Shown here: piece by piece, positions 1-12,100 of the stretch
Position numbering within the stretch: the stretch's first letter is position 1
Layout of the letters: every line of letters starts with the position of its first letter
Made by a program: the position numbers and the translations under genes
Notes under the pieces: generated by a model
The model's database searches: none
Told to the model about the DNA's origin: nothing
The model's input: the letters and a program-made list of their open reading frames with translations, nothing else
Origin: Gammaproteobacteria bacterium
GTDB lineage: Bacteria > Pseudomonadota > Gammaproteobacteria > QZLD01
Reading direction: 5' to 3'
Assembly (NCBI GenBank): GCA_004796365.1
Contig: QZLE01000162.1
Coordinates: 1 to 54,275, forward strand
Length of the DNA stretch: 54,275 nucleotides

Positions 1-102
1 CCTCCGACTTATCATTTCAACGCAACCAATTTCAAGTATCCTGTTGCCTTGAGATATTTCTATTCCAGTGGTTTCTGTATCAAGTACTATCTGTCTCATC
101 AT
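1..102 (-). CDS. dnaQ: DNA polymerase III epsilon subunit, 5' part (runs off window)
   Basis: Own translation of the minus strand: MMRQIVLDTETTGIEISQGNRILEIGCVEMISRR (ExoI motif DTETTG); directly downstream of rnhA. Not in the ORF track. Confidence 0.93.
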   Translation of the reverse strand, partial: MMRQIVLDTETTGIEISQGNRILEIGCVEMISRR

Positions 103-119
103 TAAATTCCGTTTACAGC

Positions 120-557
120 CTATAATAGCTCGTCTATCCCTCTATTTGCCAGCTGATCAACCCTCTCATTCTCATCATGCCCGCTATGCCCTTTTACCCA
201 ATTCCATGTTATTTGATGTTGCTGTATAAGCTCATCCAGTTTACGCCATAAATCCTCATTTTTTACCGGCTTTTTGGATGAAGTTTTCCATCCTCTTTTC
301 TTCCAATTTTCAATCCAGTTTTGGATACCATCAAGTACATACTTTGAATCTAAAGTAATACTAATTACACAAGGTCTTTTCATCGACTCAAGTGCTTTAA
401 TAACGGCGGTTAGCTCCATGCGATTGTTTGTCGTTTCGATCTCCGCACCAAAAAGCTCTTTTTCATTACCTTTAAAGCGCAGCAATGCCCCCCATCCTCC
501 TGGACCAGGATTACCCCTGCATGCTCCATCAGCAAATATTTCTACTTTATCAGTCAT
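120..557 (-). CDS. rnhA: Ribonuclease HI
   Basis: [41 protein letters not shown] motifs. ATG at 557 preferred over the track start at 614. Confidence 0.97.
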   Translation of the reverse strand: MTDKVEIFADGACRGNPGPGGWGALLRFKGNEKELFGAEIETTNNRMELTAVIKALESMKRPCVISITLDSKYVLDGIQNWIENWKKRGWKTSSKKPVKNEDLWRKLDELIQQHQITWNWVKGHSGHDENERVDQLANRGIDELL

Positions 558-657
558 TATGTTTCCATTGATTTTTGTAGACAGAAAAATATCATCCATA
601 GCTAATAGATGCAATTTATGATTGCCAGGTTGTGGATTGAAGCAAGAAATACAATAG

Positions 658-1365
658 CTAACTTTTTATCTTGGGGCTAGCCTGAATAGGTGAATTAATA
701 CGCTTACCTTTATCAATCCATTTCGATTTCTGTAAGGTAAGTGGAATTGTTCGTTTTCTAGCCATTAATACATACACGCCCGACCTTACACTCAAGCTGT
801 AATCAGCAAGATCTCCTAAAAATTCGAAATGATCACCATACTCTTTTTTTATTACTTTGTGACTTAACTTTACCCGTCTTTCAACTGTTAGATCGAGCCC
901 TAAAACGGCAAACCAATCTTTAATCCTGCCAATGGATATTGAATTTCCTTCCCAAGGACCATAGGTGGTATATTTTTCCGCAAAGCGCAATACACCGAAT
1001 AAACTATACGGATTAAAACCTGAAATAACGATGTAACCGTCCGGTGACAAAATTCTTTCGGCTTCATGCAAAACCTCTTGCGGATTTTGTGTCGCTTCAA
1101 GTGTATGCCGAAGAATAACGACATCCATGCTTTCTGCCTGAAATGGCAGCGACTCGAACTTACCAAATAAGGCGCAGTCATTATTGCAGTGCTGAGGCGT
1201 ATCAAGAACATAGCAGTTACATCGTCGGTTCAGGTTCAGCCACTTAGTTCCACGCATTGCCCCAAGTTGCAATATATTTACCCCTGGAACGCGATTTATC
1301 TCCTGATTTATCTGCTCAGATTCCTGGTCAATTATGTATCTACCTAGATTGGTTTGACTCCACAA
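658..1365 (-). CDS. yafS: Class I SAM-dependent methyltransferase, YafS-like
   Basis: [51 protein letters not shown] motifs; position upstream of rnhA. Start uncertain (TTG). Confidence 0.8.
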   Translation of the reverse strand: MWSQTNLGRYIIDQESEQINQEINRVPGVNILQLGAMRGTKWLNLNRRCNCYVLDTPQHCNNDCALFGKFESLPFQAESMDVVILRHTLEATQNPQEVLHEAERILSPDGYIVISGFNPYSLFGVLRFAEKYTTYGPWEGNSISIGRIKDWFAVLGLDLTVERRVKLSHKVIKKEYGDHFEFLGDLADYSLSVRSGVYVLMARKRTIPLTLQKSKWIDKGKRINSPIQASPKIKS

Positions 1366-1402
1366 TTTTGCTCACCATTTCTATATCATGTCAATAACAC
1401 AT

Positions 1403-2731
1403 CTATTCGTGCCGAAACGGGTGCTCAGTACAAGGAAATGCAATAGTAAACGTTGTTCCTTTGTCTGGCTGTGAGTGACAATCAATACTGCCATTAAGTG
1501 TTTGCATCACAATATTAAATACAATATGCAAGCCTAAACCGCTTCCACCTAACCCTCTTTTAGTCGTAAAAAAAGGGTCAAATATTTTATTTATGTGCTC
1601 CTGCGGAATACCTACCCCCGTATCAGAATAGATAATTTTAAGATTATCACCATCTAGCAATACGGATGCAATGATTTCTCCATGTTCTTTACCTTCAAAA
1701 CCATGTACCAGAGAGTTAATTGCCAGGTTAGTAATAATTTGTGAAATTGCTCCCGGATAGCTATAAACTTGCAGATCATCAGCGCATTCAATATGTAATT
1801 CAATATTTGTATTTTTAAATTTCGGATTAAGACTTGAAAATATCTCTTGCAGATATTCTTTGACGTTAAACTCACGCAGCGAATCACTGGATTGATCAAC
1901 AGCTACCTGCTTAAAACTATGTATCAGATCAGCTGCACGATTCATATTTGACAAAATCATATCTGCACTGTCTGTAACTGTTTTCAAATAAGCATCCATT
2001 TCGGACCTGGTCAATCCACCATCATGATATGATTTTAGAAATTTATTTGTCTCACCGGTTAGATGTGAAGCCGCTGTAACTCCGATTCCCACAGGTGTAT
2101 TAATTTCGTGCGCAACACCTGCTACCAAGCCGCCCAATGCTGCCATTTTTTCAGATTGTATCAGGTAATCTTTAGTTTTATTTAATTTTTCAAGTGATTC
2201 ATTTAACTCACTGGTTCTATCATCTACCAGTTCCTGTAGATGATGTTTGTGTTTAGTTAACTCTTCATTTGCTTGATTTAGTTCATTTGTACGCTCTTCC
2301 ACCATAGCCTCAAGATTTTCCTGGTATTGCTTGTTTTCTTTAATCAAGCGAGCCTTCTCAAGGCATTTATCAACCGCATGAATCAGCACATTAAAATCTT
2401 CAATAGGTTTTAAAATATAATCCCAGGCACCTTGGTGCAAGGCCTGCACAGCTTCCTTAATTACCCCATTTCCTGAAACTACAATTATTGGCAATTGAGG
2501 GTTAGATTTGGTTACATATGCAACTACCTGAAAACCATCTACTTCCGGCATTCTCAAGTCAACAATAATGATATCAATTTGATCTTTTTTAGCCTCATAG
2601 ATATCAAGCCCAACCCTACCATTTTCAGCTGTAAATACGTTGTATTCAAAATCTTCAAGGCAGTCGAGATAACTTTGACGAATATAATCATCATCATCTA
2701 TTGCAAGTACTGTTATCTGGGATTCGCTCAT
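1403..2731 (-). CDS. Cytoplasmic response regulator-histidine kinase (REC-coiled coil-HisKA-HATPase)
   Basis: REC (IDDD, VDLRMP, KP); H-box AHEINTPVG; G boxes DTGVGI, FDPFFTTK, GSGLGL. Confidence 0.92.
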   Translation of the reverse strand: MSESQITVLAIDDDDYIRQSYLDCLEDFEYNVFTAENGRVGLDIYEAKKDQIDIIIVDLRMPEVDGFQVVAYVTKSNPQLPIIVVSGNGVIKEAVQALHQGAWDYILKPIEDFNVLIHAVDKCLEKARLIKENKQYQENLEAMVEERTNELNQANEELTKHKHHLQELVDDRTSELNESLEKLNKTKDYLIQSEKMAALGGLVAGVAHEINTPVGIGVTAASHLTGETNKFLKSYHDGGLTRSEMDAYLKTVTDSADMILSNMNRAADLIHSFKQVAVDQSSDSLREFNVKEYLQEIFSSLNPKFKNTNIELHIECADDLQVYSYPGAISQIITNLAINSLVHGFEGKEHGEIIASVLLDGDNLKIIYSDTGVGIPQEHINKIFDPFFTTKRGLGGSGLGLHIVFNIVMQTLNGSIDCHSQPDKGTTFTIAFPCTEHPFRHE

Positions 2732-2774
2732 TTCGCACCTATGCCAGCTTAAACTATTATTCTAAATTTAAACG

Positions 2775-3161
2775 CTATTTGATTGCATTAACCAGTTCTG
2801 AAAGCATGTTTTCAAGCCTTTGTAGATCACTTACTGGCTTAGAAAAAACTTCAGTAGCAACATTATCCATCGCTAAAATATCGTCAGGCATTTCATATTC
2901 GGGTGAACCGGTGCAAATAACAAAAGCCATTTTGTTATTAATTTTATTAGCTTCTCTGATAAATTGGTCTCCGCCCATTCCTCCCATTCTGATATCAACT
3001 ATCGCACAGTCGATATCGATATTTCGCAGTATATCTAACGCATCTTCTTCCTTTGCTGAGAACTCAACTTGCCAGAGGCAATCTTCAAAGTAGTCAACAA
3101 AGCTATCCCTAACAAACTCTTCGTCATCGACCACAAGCAATTTTTTAGTTTCTTCACCCAT
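2775..3161 (-). CDS. Single-domain response regulator (receiver only)
   Basis: VVDDE, VDIRMGGMGG, CTG, SKP in 128 aa; start overlaps the stop of the upstream kinase. Confidence 0.9.
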   Translation of the reverse strand: MGEETKKLLVVDDEEFVRDSFVDYFEDCLWQVEFSAKEEDALDILRNIDIDCAIVDIRMGGMGGDQFIREANKINNKMAFVICTGSPEYEMPDDILAMDNVATEVFSKPVSDLQRLENMLSELVNAIK

Positions 3162-5439
3162 CTTTATTTCCCTTTGTTGGAAGTGATATTAAAAACTTAG
3201 TGCCAACACCTTTTTGCGATGATACAGCAATTTCACCACCATGGTTTTCGGTGATAATAAAATATGACACGCTCAATCCTAGCCCAGTACCTTTACCCAC
3301 ACCTTTTGTTGTATAGAATGGTTCAAATATTCTTTTCATAGTTTCTTCATCCATTCCCGGGCCATTATCTTCAACCTCAATATTAATTAGCTCACCATCT
3401 GCAGAAGCTTTAGACCTAACATAGATTGTTGGATTTTCGGTACCGGTTTCTTGCATTGCCTGCGCACTGTTACGTATCAGATTTAAAAGTACCTGCTGGA
3501 TTTTGATTTGTTCACAGACCAAAGACGGTATACCAGCATCTATCTCTTTCTCAACTTTTATCTGTTTAAAATCATACTCTTTTTTCATATCATAATCTGT
3601 TGCCGCAATCTCCAGTGTTTTATATATCAATTCACCGATATTTATTGTAGATTTACTGCGGTCACCTTTTCGGGCAAATGCAAGCATGTTTAAAACAACT
3701 TCTGCAGCATGCTTACCAGAATCTTTGATAGTCTGGATCATGCGAGGTATTTCTCTGGCACGCATGTATTGTGCTATTGCCTCAGTAGTTACACCTGCCT
3801 CTTCGGCCGCCTTTTGATTTGCAGGCAAGTCAAGCTTCTCAATTAATCTGTTATTGATTACATTTGCTGTCTGCATCATACCGGCAAGGGGGTTATTGAT
3901 CTCATGCGCCATTCCGGCTGCCAAACCACCTATGGAAAGCATTTTTTCATTTTGCACCATCATTTCTTCAAGCTGAACTTTATCGGTAACATCATCAATT
4001 CTAATTACCACCCCCAGAAGATCATCAGCTATTAACGGAAATACGGTTATATCATGGAAGGAAGGGGTTTCTGACTCAAAAATATTCCGCTTGCTTACAT
4101 ATTTCACCTGCTTATTATTTTTGCTTTCCTCAATGATACTAATTTCGTGTTTTAATAGCGGAAATACATCTATAAGCTGCCTGCCATAGACATCAGGCGC
4201 ATTAATATCAACAGCAGCTTCGGCTGCACTATTCCACAGTGTAACGTTCAAATCTGTATCGACACCGATAAGAATTGAAGGCATTGAATTTACAATTTTT
4301 GACAAATAGCTATGAACACGCTTTATCTCGGTTTGTCGTTCCTTTACTTTAGTTGCCATAAGCCTGAAAGAGTTAGCTAATTGATTGAACTCTATATATT
4401 TTGTTTGCGAAGGGTTTTTATCCTCAGGAGGTATTTCATATTCATCTTTACCAATAGCATCCGATATGATTATCAATTTATTCAAAGCATCATTTATTTT
4501 ATTGCTTATAAAATATGAAAAAACAATAGCCATAATGATTACAGAAATAATAATGACAACAATCATTACAATCAAACGCATCACTGGAGCTTGAAATTCA
4601 CTTAGCGGGGTATATAAAGCCACTTTCCATTTCATCTTAGGAAGAAAAACAATACTAGCTCTATATTCAATTCCATCCAGTACGACATTCTCAACCTGCA
4701 TATCACCATTATCATTTTGCAGATTCGAAAAATACCTAGAATCATAAGCCTGCGTTTTCACCATCTTTTCGTTGGAGTGATATATAAAAGTACCTTTTTG
4801 ATCTGTAAGAGTGAAAATCTTAACGTTTTTTGGCTGAATCTCGGAATGTATTTCTCCACTTAAATATTTAAATACCCCGATATTATTCAGAGATAAAAAG
4901 GCGGTAATTATATATTTTTTGTAACGCATGCTAAGTGTTGAATGCGGGGTTTCACTACCTTCAGGTATAAAGGAAGCTCCCCAAAGTAACTTATTTGAGT
5001 CAATGCTAGAATTGAAGTAATCATGACCGGAAACATCTATGCCAAGCAAATCTTCATCATACGGGGCAATTGCAATCACTTTTCCATCCAAATCTGCAAC
5101 CTGTATCACAGCAAAATGAGAATGCTGTTGCTGGATTGCAGAAATTCCACTTTGTATATGAGTAAGGTTATTTTTTTTCGCCCTATCTATTAATTTTGAT
5201 ATTACCATTACGCCATTAATCGGACGTTCCAGTTGCTGTTCTATCAATGTCTCAATCTGGTGTAAATATACACGATCAAACTCTTTAATCTGATCACTAA
5301 GTGTGTTTGCGGATATTAGAACGCCAATTATCCCAAGAATCAGAACAGGCAAAGCCACTACAGCTGTCAGTGACAGCCCTAGATACTTCTTTATACTGAC
5401 TCCTTTGGTATCATTGATCATTTTCTTCTCACGCTGCAT
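3154..5439 (-). CDS. Membrane sensor histidine kinase (TM-Cache-like-TM-HAMP-PAS-HisKA-HATPase)
   Basis: Two TM segments flanking a periplasmic domain (DVSGHDYF, DQKGTFIYH, MKWKVAL); AHEINNPL; NLIRNS; DNGPGM; FEPFYTTK; GTGLGL. Start may be the second Met (5421). Confidence 0.92.
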   Translation of the reverse strand: MQREKKMINDTKGVSIKKYLGLSLTAVVALPVLILGIIGVLISANTLSDQIKEFDRVYLHQIETLIEQQLERPINGVMVISKLIDRAKKNNLTHIQSGISAIQQQHSHFAVIQVADLDGKVIAIAPYDEDLLGIDVSGHDYFNSSIDSNKLLWGASFIPEGSETPHSTLSMRYKKYIITAFLSLNNIGVFKYLSGEIHSEIQPKNVKIFTLTDQKGTFIYHSNEKMVKTQAYDSRYFSNLQNDNGDMQVENVVLDGIEYRASIVFLPKMKWKVALYTPLSEFQAPVMRLIVMIVVIIISVIIMAIVFSYFISNKINDALNKLIIISDAIGKDEYEIPPEDKNPSQTKYIEFNQLANSFRLMATKVKERQTEIKRVHSYLSKIVNSMPSILIGVDTDLNVTLWNSAAEAAVDINAPDVYGRQLIDVFPLLKHEISIIEESKNNKQVKYVSKRNIFESETPSFHDITVFPLIADDLLGVVIRIDDVTDKVQLEEMMVQNEKMLSIGGLAAGMAHEINNPLAGMMQTANVINNRLIEKLDLPANQKAAEEAGVTTEAIAQYMRAREIPRMIQTIKDSGKHAAEVVLNMLAFARKGDRSKSTINIGELIYKTLEIAATDYDMKKEYDFKQIKVEKEIDAGIPSLVCEQIKIQQVLLNLIRNSAQAMQETGTENPTIYVRSKASADGELINIEVEDNGPGMDEETMKRIFEPFYTTKGVGKGTGLGLSVSYFIITENHGGEIAVSSQKGVGTKFLISLPTKGNKDG

Positions 5440-5558
5440 TATATAGTAATTGTTACATCACCTTGGTTTATCTATTGACAGTTAATCACTACATCAAACT
5501 TTCCCTGCTAAGGCTTGCAATATTTTTTCTTCGTCTACTTATTATATTAGTTATAACA

Positions 5559-6686
5559 TCATTCTCCATTTAGCAATTGATATTCACGATCTTTGATGAC
5601 ATAAAGAGACAACTTTCTTTCTACATCGCCATATTTATCTAGCCTGTATTTGTCTGCAACACCTTCTATTGGATCTATTTCTAGTATACTTTGCTTCACT
5701 TTTCTGGTTTCAGTAGTCTTTGCCATAGCAACACCTAGAGCGTAAATCTGCACTGCCTCATAAGAGTGCCTTGCCGGCAAGTTTGGTTTGTGTCCAAACT
5801 GTTTTTGATGGCTTGAATCAAAAGCCAGCTCTCTCGCAGCCTTTTCCCTATTTCCAAAAGAATCGACAATAATCATGCCTTCAACTGCTCGCCCTCCGTA
5901 AATATGAACATTTGTAACCTTGCACCATGAAGATCCAAACATCTGAGCAGTACCGCCTTTTTGTTTATAGCGTTGAGCAATTCTCCCAGCATCAACGCCA
6001 CTAGATATAAATAATATACCTTCAGGCTGTATATCAATTAGATTTTCAACGAATTGGGAATATTTGTCTGAATCTTCAAAAGAAATATCATCTATAACAT
6101 CAATCATTAGTTGCTTTGCATTTGATTTGAATGCATTGGATACTGAACTTGTATACTCATCATTTCTCTTATCTCTAATGATAAATACATTTCCAATTTG
6201 TTTTTTTGCCGCAATCCGTGCCAGTGCTTCTCCTTGTTGTGATGCATGAGGAATAACCCTTAAAAAGTTGTCGTCGATAGCAGTCAACTTATCAGTTGAG
6301 ACAGTTGGGCTTATTATCAACATATCTTTGTCCTTAACTGCATTGATTATTGGCTGTGCCATTGCGCTGAGTAATGGACCTATAATAACTTCTGCACCTT
6401 GCTTGACTAAATCAGATGCCTGTCGAGCTGCAATATCCTTCTGTGCCTGATTATCACTGATAATCAACTCAAGATTTCTACCATTCACTCCACCCTTTGC
6501 ATTGATCTCATTTACCGCCAGTATCGCACCGTTGCGGCCTGCGATCCCAAGCTGAGATCTTTTTGAGCTTAGGTCGGCAATAAACCCAACTTTTATTGGT
6601 TGCTTTTGAGGTAATAAATAAAGTAGAGAAATTGCTGCTAAAGCAATTATGACTAATGCTAGAATTGTTTTTTTGAATCTAACCAT
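5559..6686 (-). CDS. Periplasmic binding protein type 1 (LivJ/branched-chain amino acid-binding-like), N-terminal signal/anchor
   Basis: IKVGFIADLS, LAVNEINAKGGVNGRNLELIISD, IIGPLLS, ISPT, NFLRV, SYEAV motifs; no permease or ATPase adjacent. Confidence 0.88.
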   Translation of the reverse strand: MVRFKKTILALVIIALAAISLLYLLPQKQPIKVGFIADLSSKRSQLGIAGRNGAILAVNEINAKGGVNGRNLELIISDNQAQKDIAARQASDLVKQGAEVIIGPLLSAMAQPIINAVKDKDMLIISPTVSTDKLTAIDDNFLRVIPHASQQGEALARIAAKKQIGNVFIIRDKRNDEYTSSVSNAFKSNAKQLMIDVIDDISFEDSDKYSQFVENLIDIQPEGILFISSGVDAGRIAQRYKQKGGTAQMFGSSWCKVTNVHIYGGRAVEGMIIVDSFGNREKAARELAFDSSHQKQFGHKPNLPARHSYEAVQIYALGVAMAKTTETRKVKQSILEIDPIEGVADKYRLDKYGDVERKLSLYVIKDREYQLLNGE

Positions 6687-6721
6687 ATATCTTTTCTCTT
6701 TATTTTGTTATCACAGTTTAA

Positions 6722-9091
6722 TTAATATCCAGCTAGCATTCCCTTTCCAGGTTTTGATGGTAGTTTGATAGTAAATTTTGTGCCCTTACCAAGTTCTGAG
6801 TTCACATACATATCACCAAGATGATTTTCAGTAATAATGAAATAGGAGACACTCAATCCTAAGCCTGTGCCATACCCAACAGATTTTGTAGTGAAGAAAG
6901 GCTCAAATACCCTTTTTACGGTTTCACTGTCCATTCCCGGACCATTATCTTCTACTTCTGTAACCACCATTTCACTATTGGTGTCGTAATAAACTTTCAG
7001 GCTGATAAACTGGCTTGGAATTTTAGCTTCGTGCATTGCCTGAGCAGCATTGCGCAGCAAATTTAAAAAAACTTGTTGTATCTGAGATTTGTCACAGAAT
7101 ATATTGACCGGTTCTTCAGGCAACTCAATTTTTATATCTATCTTTTTAAAATCGTAATTACCCTTTACGTTATAATCTGTCAAGGCAAGCTCAACAGTGC
7201 TGTTGATAAGTTCACCCGCATCTATAGGTATTTTGTCACTTCCTCCCTTGCGCGCAAAACTAAGCATATTGGTAATTATGGCAGCTGCTCTGTTGCCGGC
7301 ACATAGAATTGTATTAATCATTCTAGGAATATCACGTTTGCGCATATATTCAGTGATTACTTCTGTAGAAGTACCTACTTCATTTGCAGCTTGAACATTT
7401 GCTGGCATATCAGGTTTTTCTATCAGTCGGTTTGACATTACATGCATGGTCTGCAACATACCGGCAAGAGGATTATTAATCTCGTGAGCCATACCAGCAG
7501 CCAAACCACCAACTGAAAGCATCTTTTCACTTTGAACCAGGATTTCTTCAACCTGAACCTTTTCGGTAACATCATCAATTCTTATAACAGCACCTTGCAC
7601 CCCATTTGCAATCAGAGGATATATAGTTACGTCCTCGTATTTCTTTTGTTCACCATCAACTTTCACTCGTGACTGATGTGCCAGAATAGTGCGTGTTTGT
7701 ATACTTTCACGTATTTTGGCAATTTCTGACTCAAAGTGTGGTAACAACGCGTGAAAGTCTTTTCCTAATGCCTGTTTTTCGTCAATTCCGGTAGTATCAG
7801 CTATTGTCTTATTCCATTGGGTGACTTTCATATCTGAGTCAATACCAACTAGGGCAGAAGGCATTGAGTCAATAACATTAGCCAAATATTTTTTCAGTTT
7901 TCTGACCTCAAACTCAGCCTGTTTCTGATCATTAATGTCTATGATAACCCCATCGATATATATCACATTGCTATCAGCGTCTAGAATGCATTGACCACGC
8001 TCATTCACCCAACAGTTAACGCCATCCGCCTTGACAATTCGATACTGAATATTAAACCCGGATTTATTTGCTACTGCATCAGCTATTGATCGTTCAACCA
8101 TCGCTGAATCTTCAATAAAAATAATCGAATGATAAGTGCGCTTTTTACTTGTAAAGTCAGAACCTTGGTATCCACTTAACTTGTATATTTCATCGCTTAT
8201 ATATACCACTCCCCAATCTTTTTTATACTCATTTCTATAGGTTACACCAGGTATATTATCGACTAGAGTTTCGAACTGGCTTTTTTGTTCTATAACCTGC
8301 GATTGCGCTTCTTTTTGCAAAAATAGTGAATCTGATAATTTCTTTAACATCCTATTAAAGGACTGCTCTATAACCCTTAGCTCGTCCTTTCTGTTACTAA
8401 TAGTAATATTGGTATCGGAAATATTGTTGATATCGACTTGCTCTACGGCACCAGCAAGTTCAGACAGTGGCTTTCTTAATAGCTTGTTAGATATATATAA
8501 AAAGCATATCCATAAAGCGATCGTTTTTATAATGGCATTGAATACCAGCATCATAAATTGAAGCTTTACCCTTTGAAGAATAACAGCTGAGCTGGAATAT
8601 AGAGCAACCTTACCCAATGCCCTTTTTTCACCACCATGGCTATAAAAAATTGGAAACTCGTGTCTGAATACCTCAAGGCTATATACCTCTGTTTCAACAT
8701 GTAGATTTCCATTTTTCTGAATACCAAGAAAGTTAATGGTTTGCTCAATCAAACCAGATTTCTCATTGTCTGATACTATCCCTTCAGCAGCAATAACTGT
8801 TCCAGAATCATCAGCAACTGTCATACCAACTATGACCGGAATTTTGAGTATACTATCCATTGTTTCAGACAATGCAAGGTCATCCATATGCCATATATTC
8901 ATGGAAAGAGTTGATTGGATAGATGGTTCAAATTCTACAAGTGATTTATTAACGTCTGCTTTTTGATAGTTATATTCTACGTACATATGCGTTAATGTTA
9001 TAAGAACCGCAATTACAACATAGAAACTAAAAACAATACTCATTAAACGAGTAGCAATTGAATTTCTTATACTTACACTTTTATGCGGCAT
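6722..9091 (-). CDS. Membrane sensor histidine kinase (TM-periplasmic-TM-HAMP-PAS-PAS-HisKA-HATPase)
   Basis: HAMP (KDELRVIEQSFNRM), PAS (NIPGVTYR...YRIVKADG...WVNERG), AHEINNPL, DNGPGM, FEPFFTTK, GTGLGL. Confidence 0.92.
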   Translation of the reverse strand: MPHKSVSIRNSIATRLMSIVFSFYVVIAVLITLTHMYVEYNYQKADVNKSLVEFEPSIQSTLSMNIWHMDDLALSETMDSILKIPVIVGMTVADDSGTVIAAEGIVSDNEKSGLIEQTINFLGIQKNGNLHVETEVYSLEVFRHEFPIFYSHGGEKRALGKVALYSSSAVILQRVKLQFMMLVFNAIIKTIALWICFLYISNKLLRKPLSELAGAVEQVDINNISDTNITISNRKDELRVIEQSFNRMLKKLSDSLFLQKEAQSQVIEQKSQFETLVDNIPGVTYRNEYKKDWGVVYISDEIYKLSGYQGSDFTSKKRTYHSIIFIEDSAMVERSIADAVANKSGFNIQYRIVKADGVNCWVNERGQCILDADSNVIYIDGVIIDINDQKQAEFEVRKLKKYLANVIDSMPSALVGIDSDMKVTQWNKTIADTTGIDEKQALGKDFHALLPHFESEIAKIRESIQTRTILAHQSRVKVDGEQKKYEDVTIYPLIANGVQGAVIRIDDVTEKVQVEEILVQSEKMLSVGGLAAGMAHEINNPLAGMLQTMHVMSNRLIEKPDMPANVQAANEVGTSTEVITEYMRKRDIPRMINTILCAGNRAAAIITNMLSFARKGGSDKIPIDAGELINSTVELALTDYNVKGNYDFKKIDIKIELPEEPVNIFCDKSQIQQVFLNLLRNAAQAMHEAKIPSQFISLKVYYDTNSEMVVTEVEDNGPGMDSETVKRVFEPFFTTKSVGYGTGLGLSVSYFIITENHLGDMYVNSELGKGTKFTIKLPSKPGKGMLAGY

Positions 9092-9121
9092 AGTCTTTTC
9101 GGTCCAGGTTATTAGATCAGC

Positions 9122-12100
9122 TCATGATTTTTTATCAGAGGACTTTTCTTGATTTAGATCTGAACTTTTTGCTATCAACGGCAACGAGAATCTGAATTTG
9201 GCTCCTTTTTCTTTTGCAGAGAATACCTGCATATCCCCTCCATGTTGATCAACAACGATAAAGTAAGAAACACTTAGACCAAGCCCGGTTCCTTCACCAA
9301 CTGGTTTTGTTGTATAAAATGGTTCAAAAATCCTATTTTGGATATTTTCAGGTATTCCTGGACCGTTATCTTCAAGTTCTATTACTACTCTTTGGTCATC
9401 CTCAGAATAACCCTCAAGATATACTTTTATTGAAATCGTAGGCGTTGAAGTATTATTTGCATGTAATGCTTGGGCACTATTACGTAGTAAATTAAATAAT
9501 ACCTGCTGAATTTTCGTCTGCTGACAATATATGTATGGAATGTTTTCCTGATAATCCCTATCAATTTTTATCTGTTTAAAGTCATAATTTTTCTTGAGAT
9601 TATAATCTGCCTCGGCAACCTTTACTGTCAATTCAATCAACTCAATTATATCTACAGAAGATATGGAATCATTAACATTTCTGGAGAATGAAAGCATACT
9701 GTTAACAATATTGGCAGCACGATTACCAGATTCAACTATCTGCCCCAGCATACGTGGAATATCACGCGCTTCCATAAAACATTTTACTGCTTCAACATTG
9801 GTATTACAGGATTTTGCTGCCAATTGATTAGCTTGCATATCAAAATTATTAACTAGGCGGTTGGCAAGTACGCTGGCTGTTTGCATCATTCCTGCCAGTG
9901 GGTTATTAATCTCATGCGCCATACCGGCAGCTAGACCAGCAATTGATGACATTTTTTCATTTTGGATCATCATTTCTTCAATTTTAACTTCATCGCTTAT
10001 ATCATCAATAAGTATTACCGCACCTTCAAACCCCTCCGTACTTAATGGATAAACCGTTATTTCCTCAACAACATTGCCTTTTTCACCCAGATATGAACGT
10101 TTGGATTTTATGGGCTCCTGGTTTTGAATACTTTTTTCTATCTCAACTGCCTGAGCAGACATATCTGGCAATACATCGTTTAAGTGTCTCCCGTTGGCAG
10201 TATTAAAATCGATACCAGTTTTATCAATTGCGGTCTTATTCCATAGGGAAATTTCACCATCCACATTTATTCCTACAAGCATAAACGGCATTGAATCAAT
10301 AATACTTGTTATATAGTTTCGATACTGTTTGATCCCCTCTTCTGCTTTTTTCTTTTGAGTAATATCATGAATTAGAATAAAATTTGCTGGCTCTCCATGT
10401 AGATATACCGTTTTAGCCCATGATTCTACCCAACCAATTTCACCTGAGCCCTTTACGGCTCTCCACTCATTATTAGTTATTATTCCTTTTGTTATGCCTT
10501 TCTCTTTTTTCATCAACTGATTAGCGATAAGAGATCTATCTTCAGGGTGAATAAACTTAAATAGTTCATATTGATTTAACTGTTCCAGATCCCTGATTTC
10601 CATCTCAAAAATCTTTAAAACCGCTTCGTTACAGTAAATTATTTTTCCTTTCTGAACGATCAATGTTCCAAGAATTAATTGATCAGCCAAGACCTTAAAA
10701 CGCTCTTCAGTTTCTCTTAGCTCCTGGTCCAATTCAGTTTTAATTGTTATATCCCGAGCGACACCACGAATCCCACCAAATTCACCAGTTTCATCAAAAA
10801 ACGGCCCTGCTGACAGCTCAAAGGTTCTTTTCGCACCATCCTTATCTTTAAAGTTGAAAACTTCATTATGAATCTCGTCCTGGCCGATAAACATATGCTT
10901 GATAAGATTTAGTGATCTTTCATAATTTTCATCATGCAATAAAAAACCTGGCTTTTGACCAACAACTTCGTCCTGAACATAACCTAGTAATTCATTCACT
11001 TGCGGACTTATAAAGGAAATATTACCGGTAATATCAAATTCAAAAAGAATATCATTTAATGATTCCACTAATGCGCGGAACTTGGATTCACTCTCTAGAA
11101 AACTAACCTGATATTGCTTGATGCTGGTTATCATTTTCTCCATGGAATTAATCAGTACAGCTCCTTCATCTGATTGTTCCTCTGGCAAATCTCCAACAGG
11201 AATACCTTTTTCATCAACATTACTTACATATTGAACGAGCTTCCTTAATGGCCTAGTCGTTGCCTTAGCTAAAAAAAGTGAGACCCCTGTAGCAATAGCA
11301 ATAAAAATTACAAAACTAAGCAACGCTTTTTGAATAAAAGGCGCCACAAATAAGTTCATATCATCCACATAAATAGAACTCGAGATATACCAATCTAAAG
11401 CAGGATAATGGGAAACGAACGCACTCTTTCTATATATGTAATTTCCTTTGTCTGTAGGTCGGTCCCATAAATAGCTTAACGCACGGCGTTCGGTCCTTGC
11501 AGCCCCTTTGAGGTCATAAATAATACTATTTCCAGAATCAGGGTTAATTATTTTGGTTGCATTTTCCCCTTGGATGGTTGGATGAAGCGGCATATATCCA
11601 TCACCCCGAAAGATAAAGAAATAACCAGTTTTTCCAATTTTTTGCTTTTCCAGAATATTTTTGATTTCGTTAATCAAAACTGTAATGCTATTGTTAATAT
11701 CAGCTTCAACATCATTCGTGGGAGTTGATAGCGCGATATACCAACCCCATGGCATAAATTTTTTAATAAATATTGTATGGTTTATCTGCCTTTCTTCAGC
11801 ACCGCTTTGTTCAACAATGCCGCACTCTATAAAGCCTTCACTTGCATCTTGAAGAAGATTATCAGCAATAGCAAAAACATTGTTCCCGTTAATGCCTGTA
11901 CAATTGCGCGCTCTTTTGTAACTATTATTGATATCATATACGAAACTAGCAGTTTTGTGACCGTATACGCTGCCATTACCGCGCCCATCATTAGTTTTTA
12001 AATCGTAGAGTTTTCCGACCCATAGTAAAACTTGGCTATCAAAAGTGCTTAACTGGCTCAGATCACGCAGGGCACCAACCTGCATATTTGTAAGGTTATC

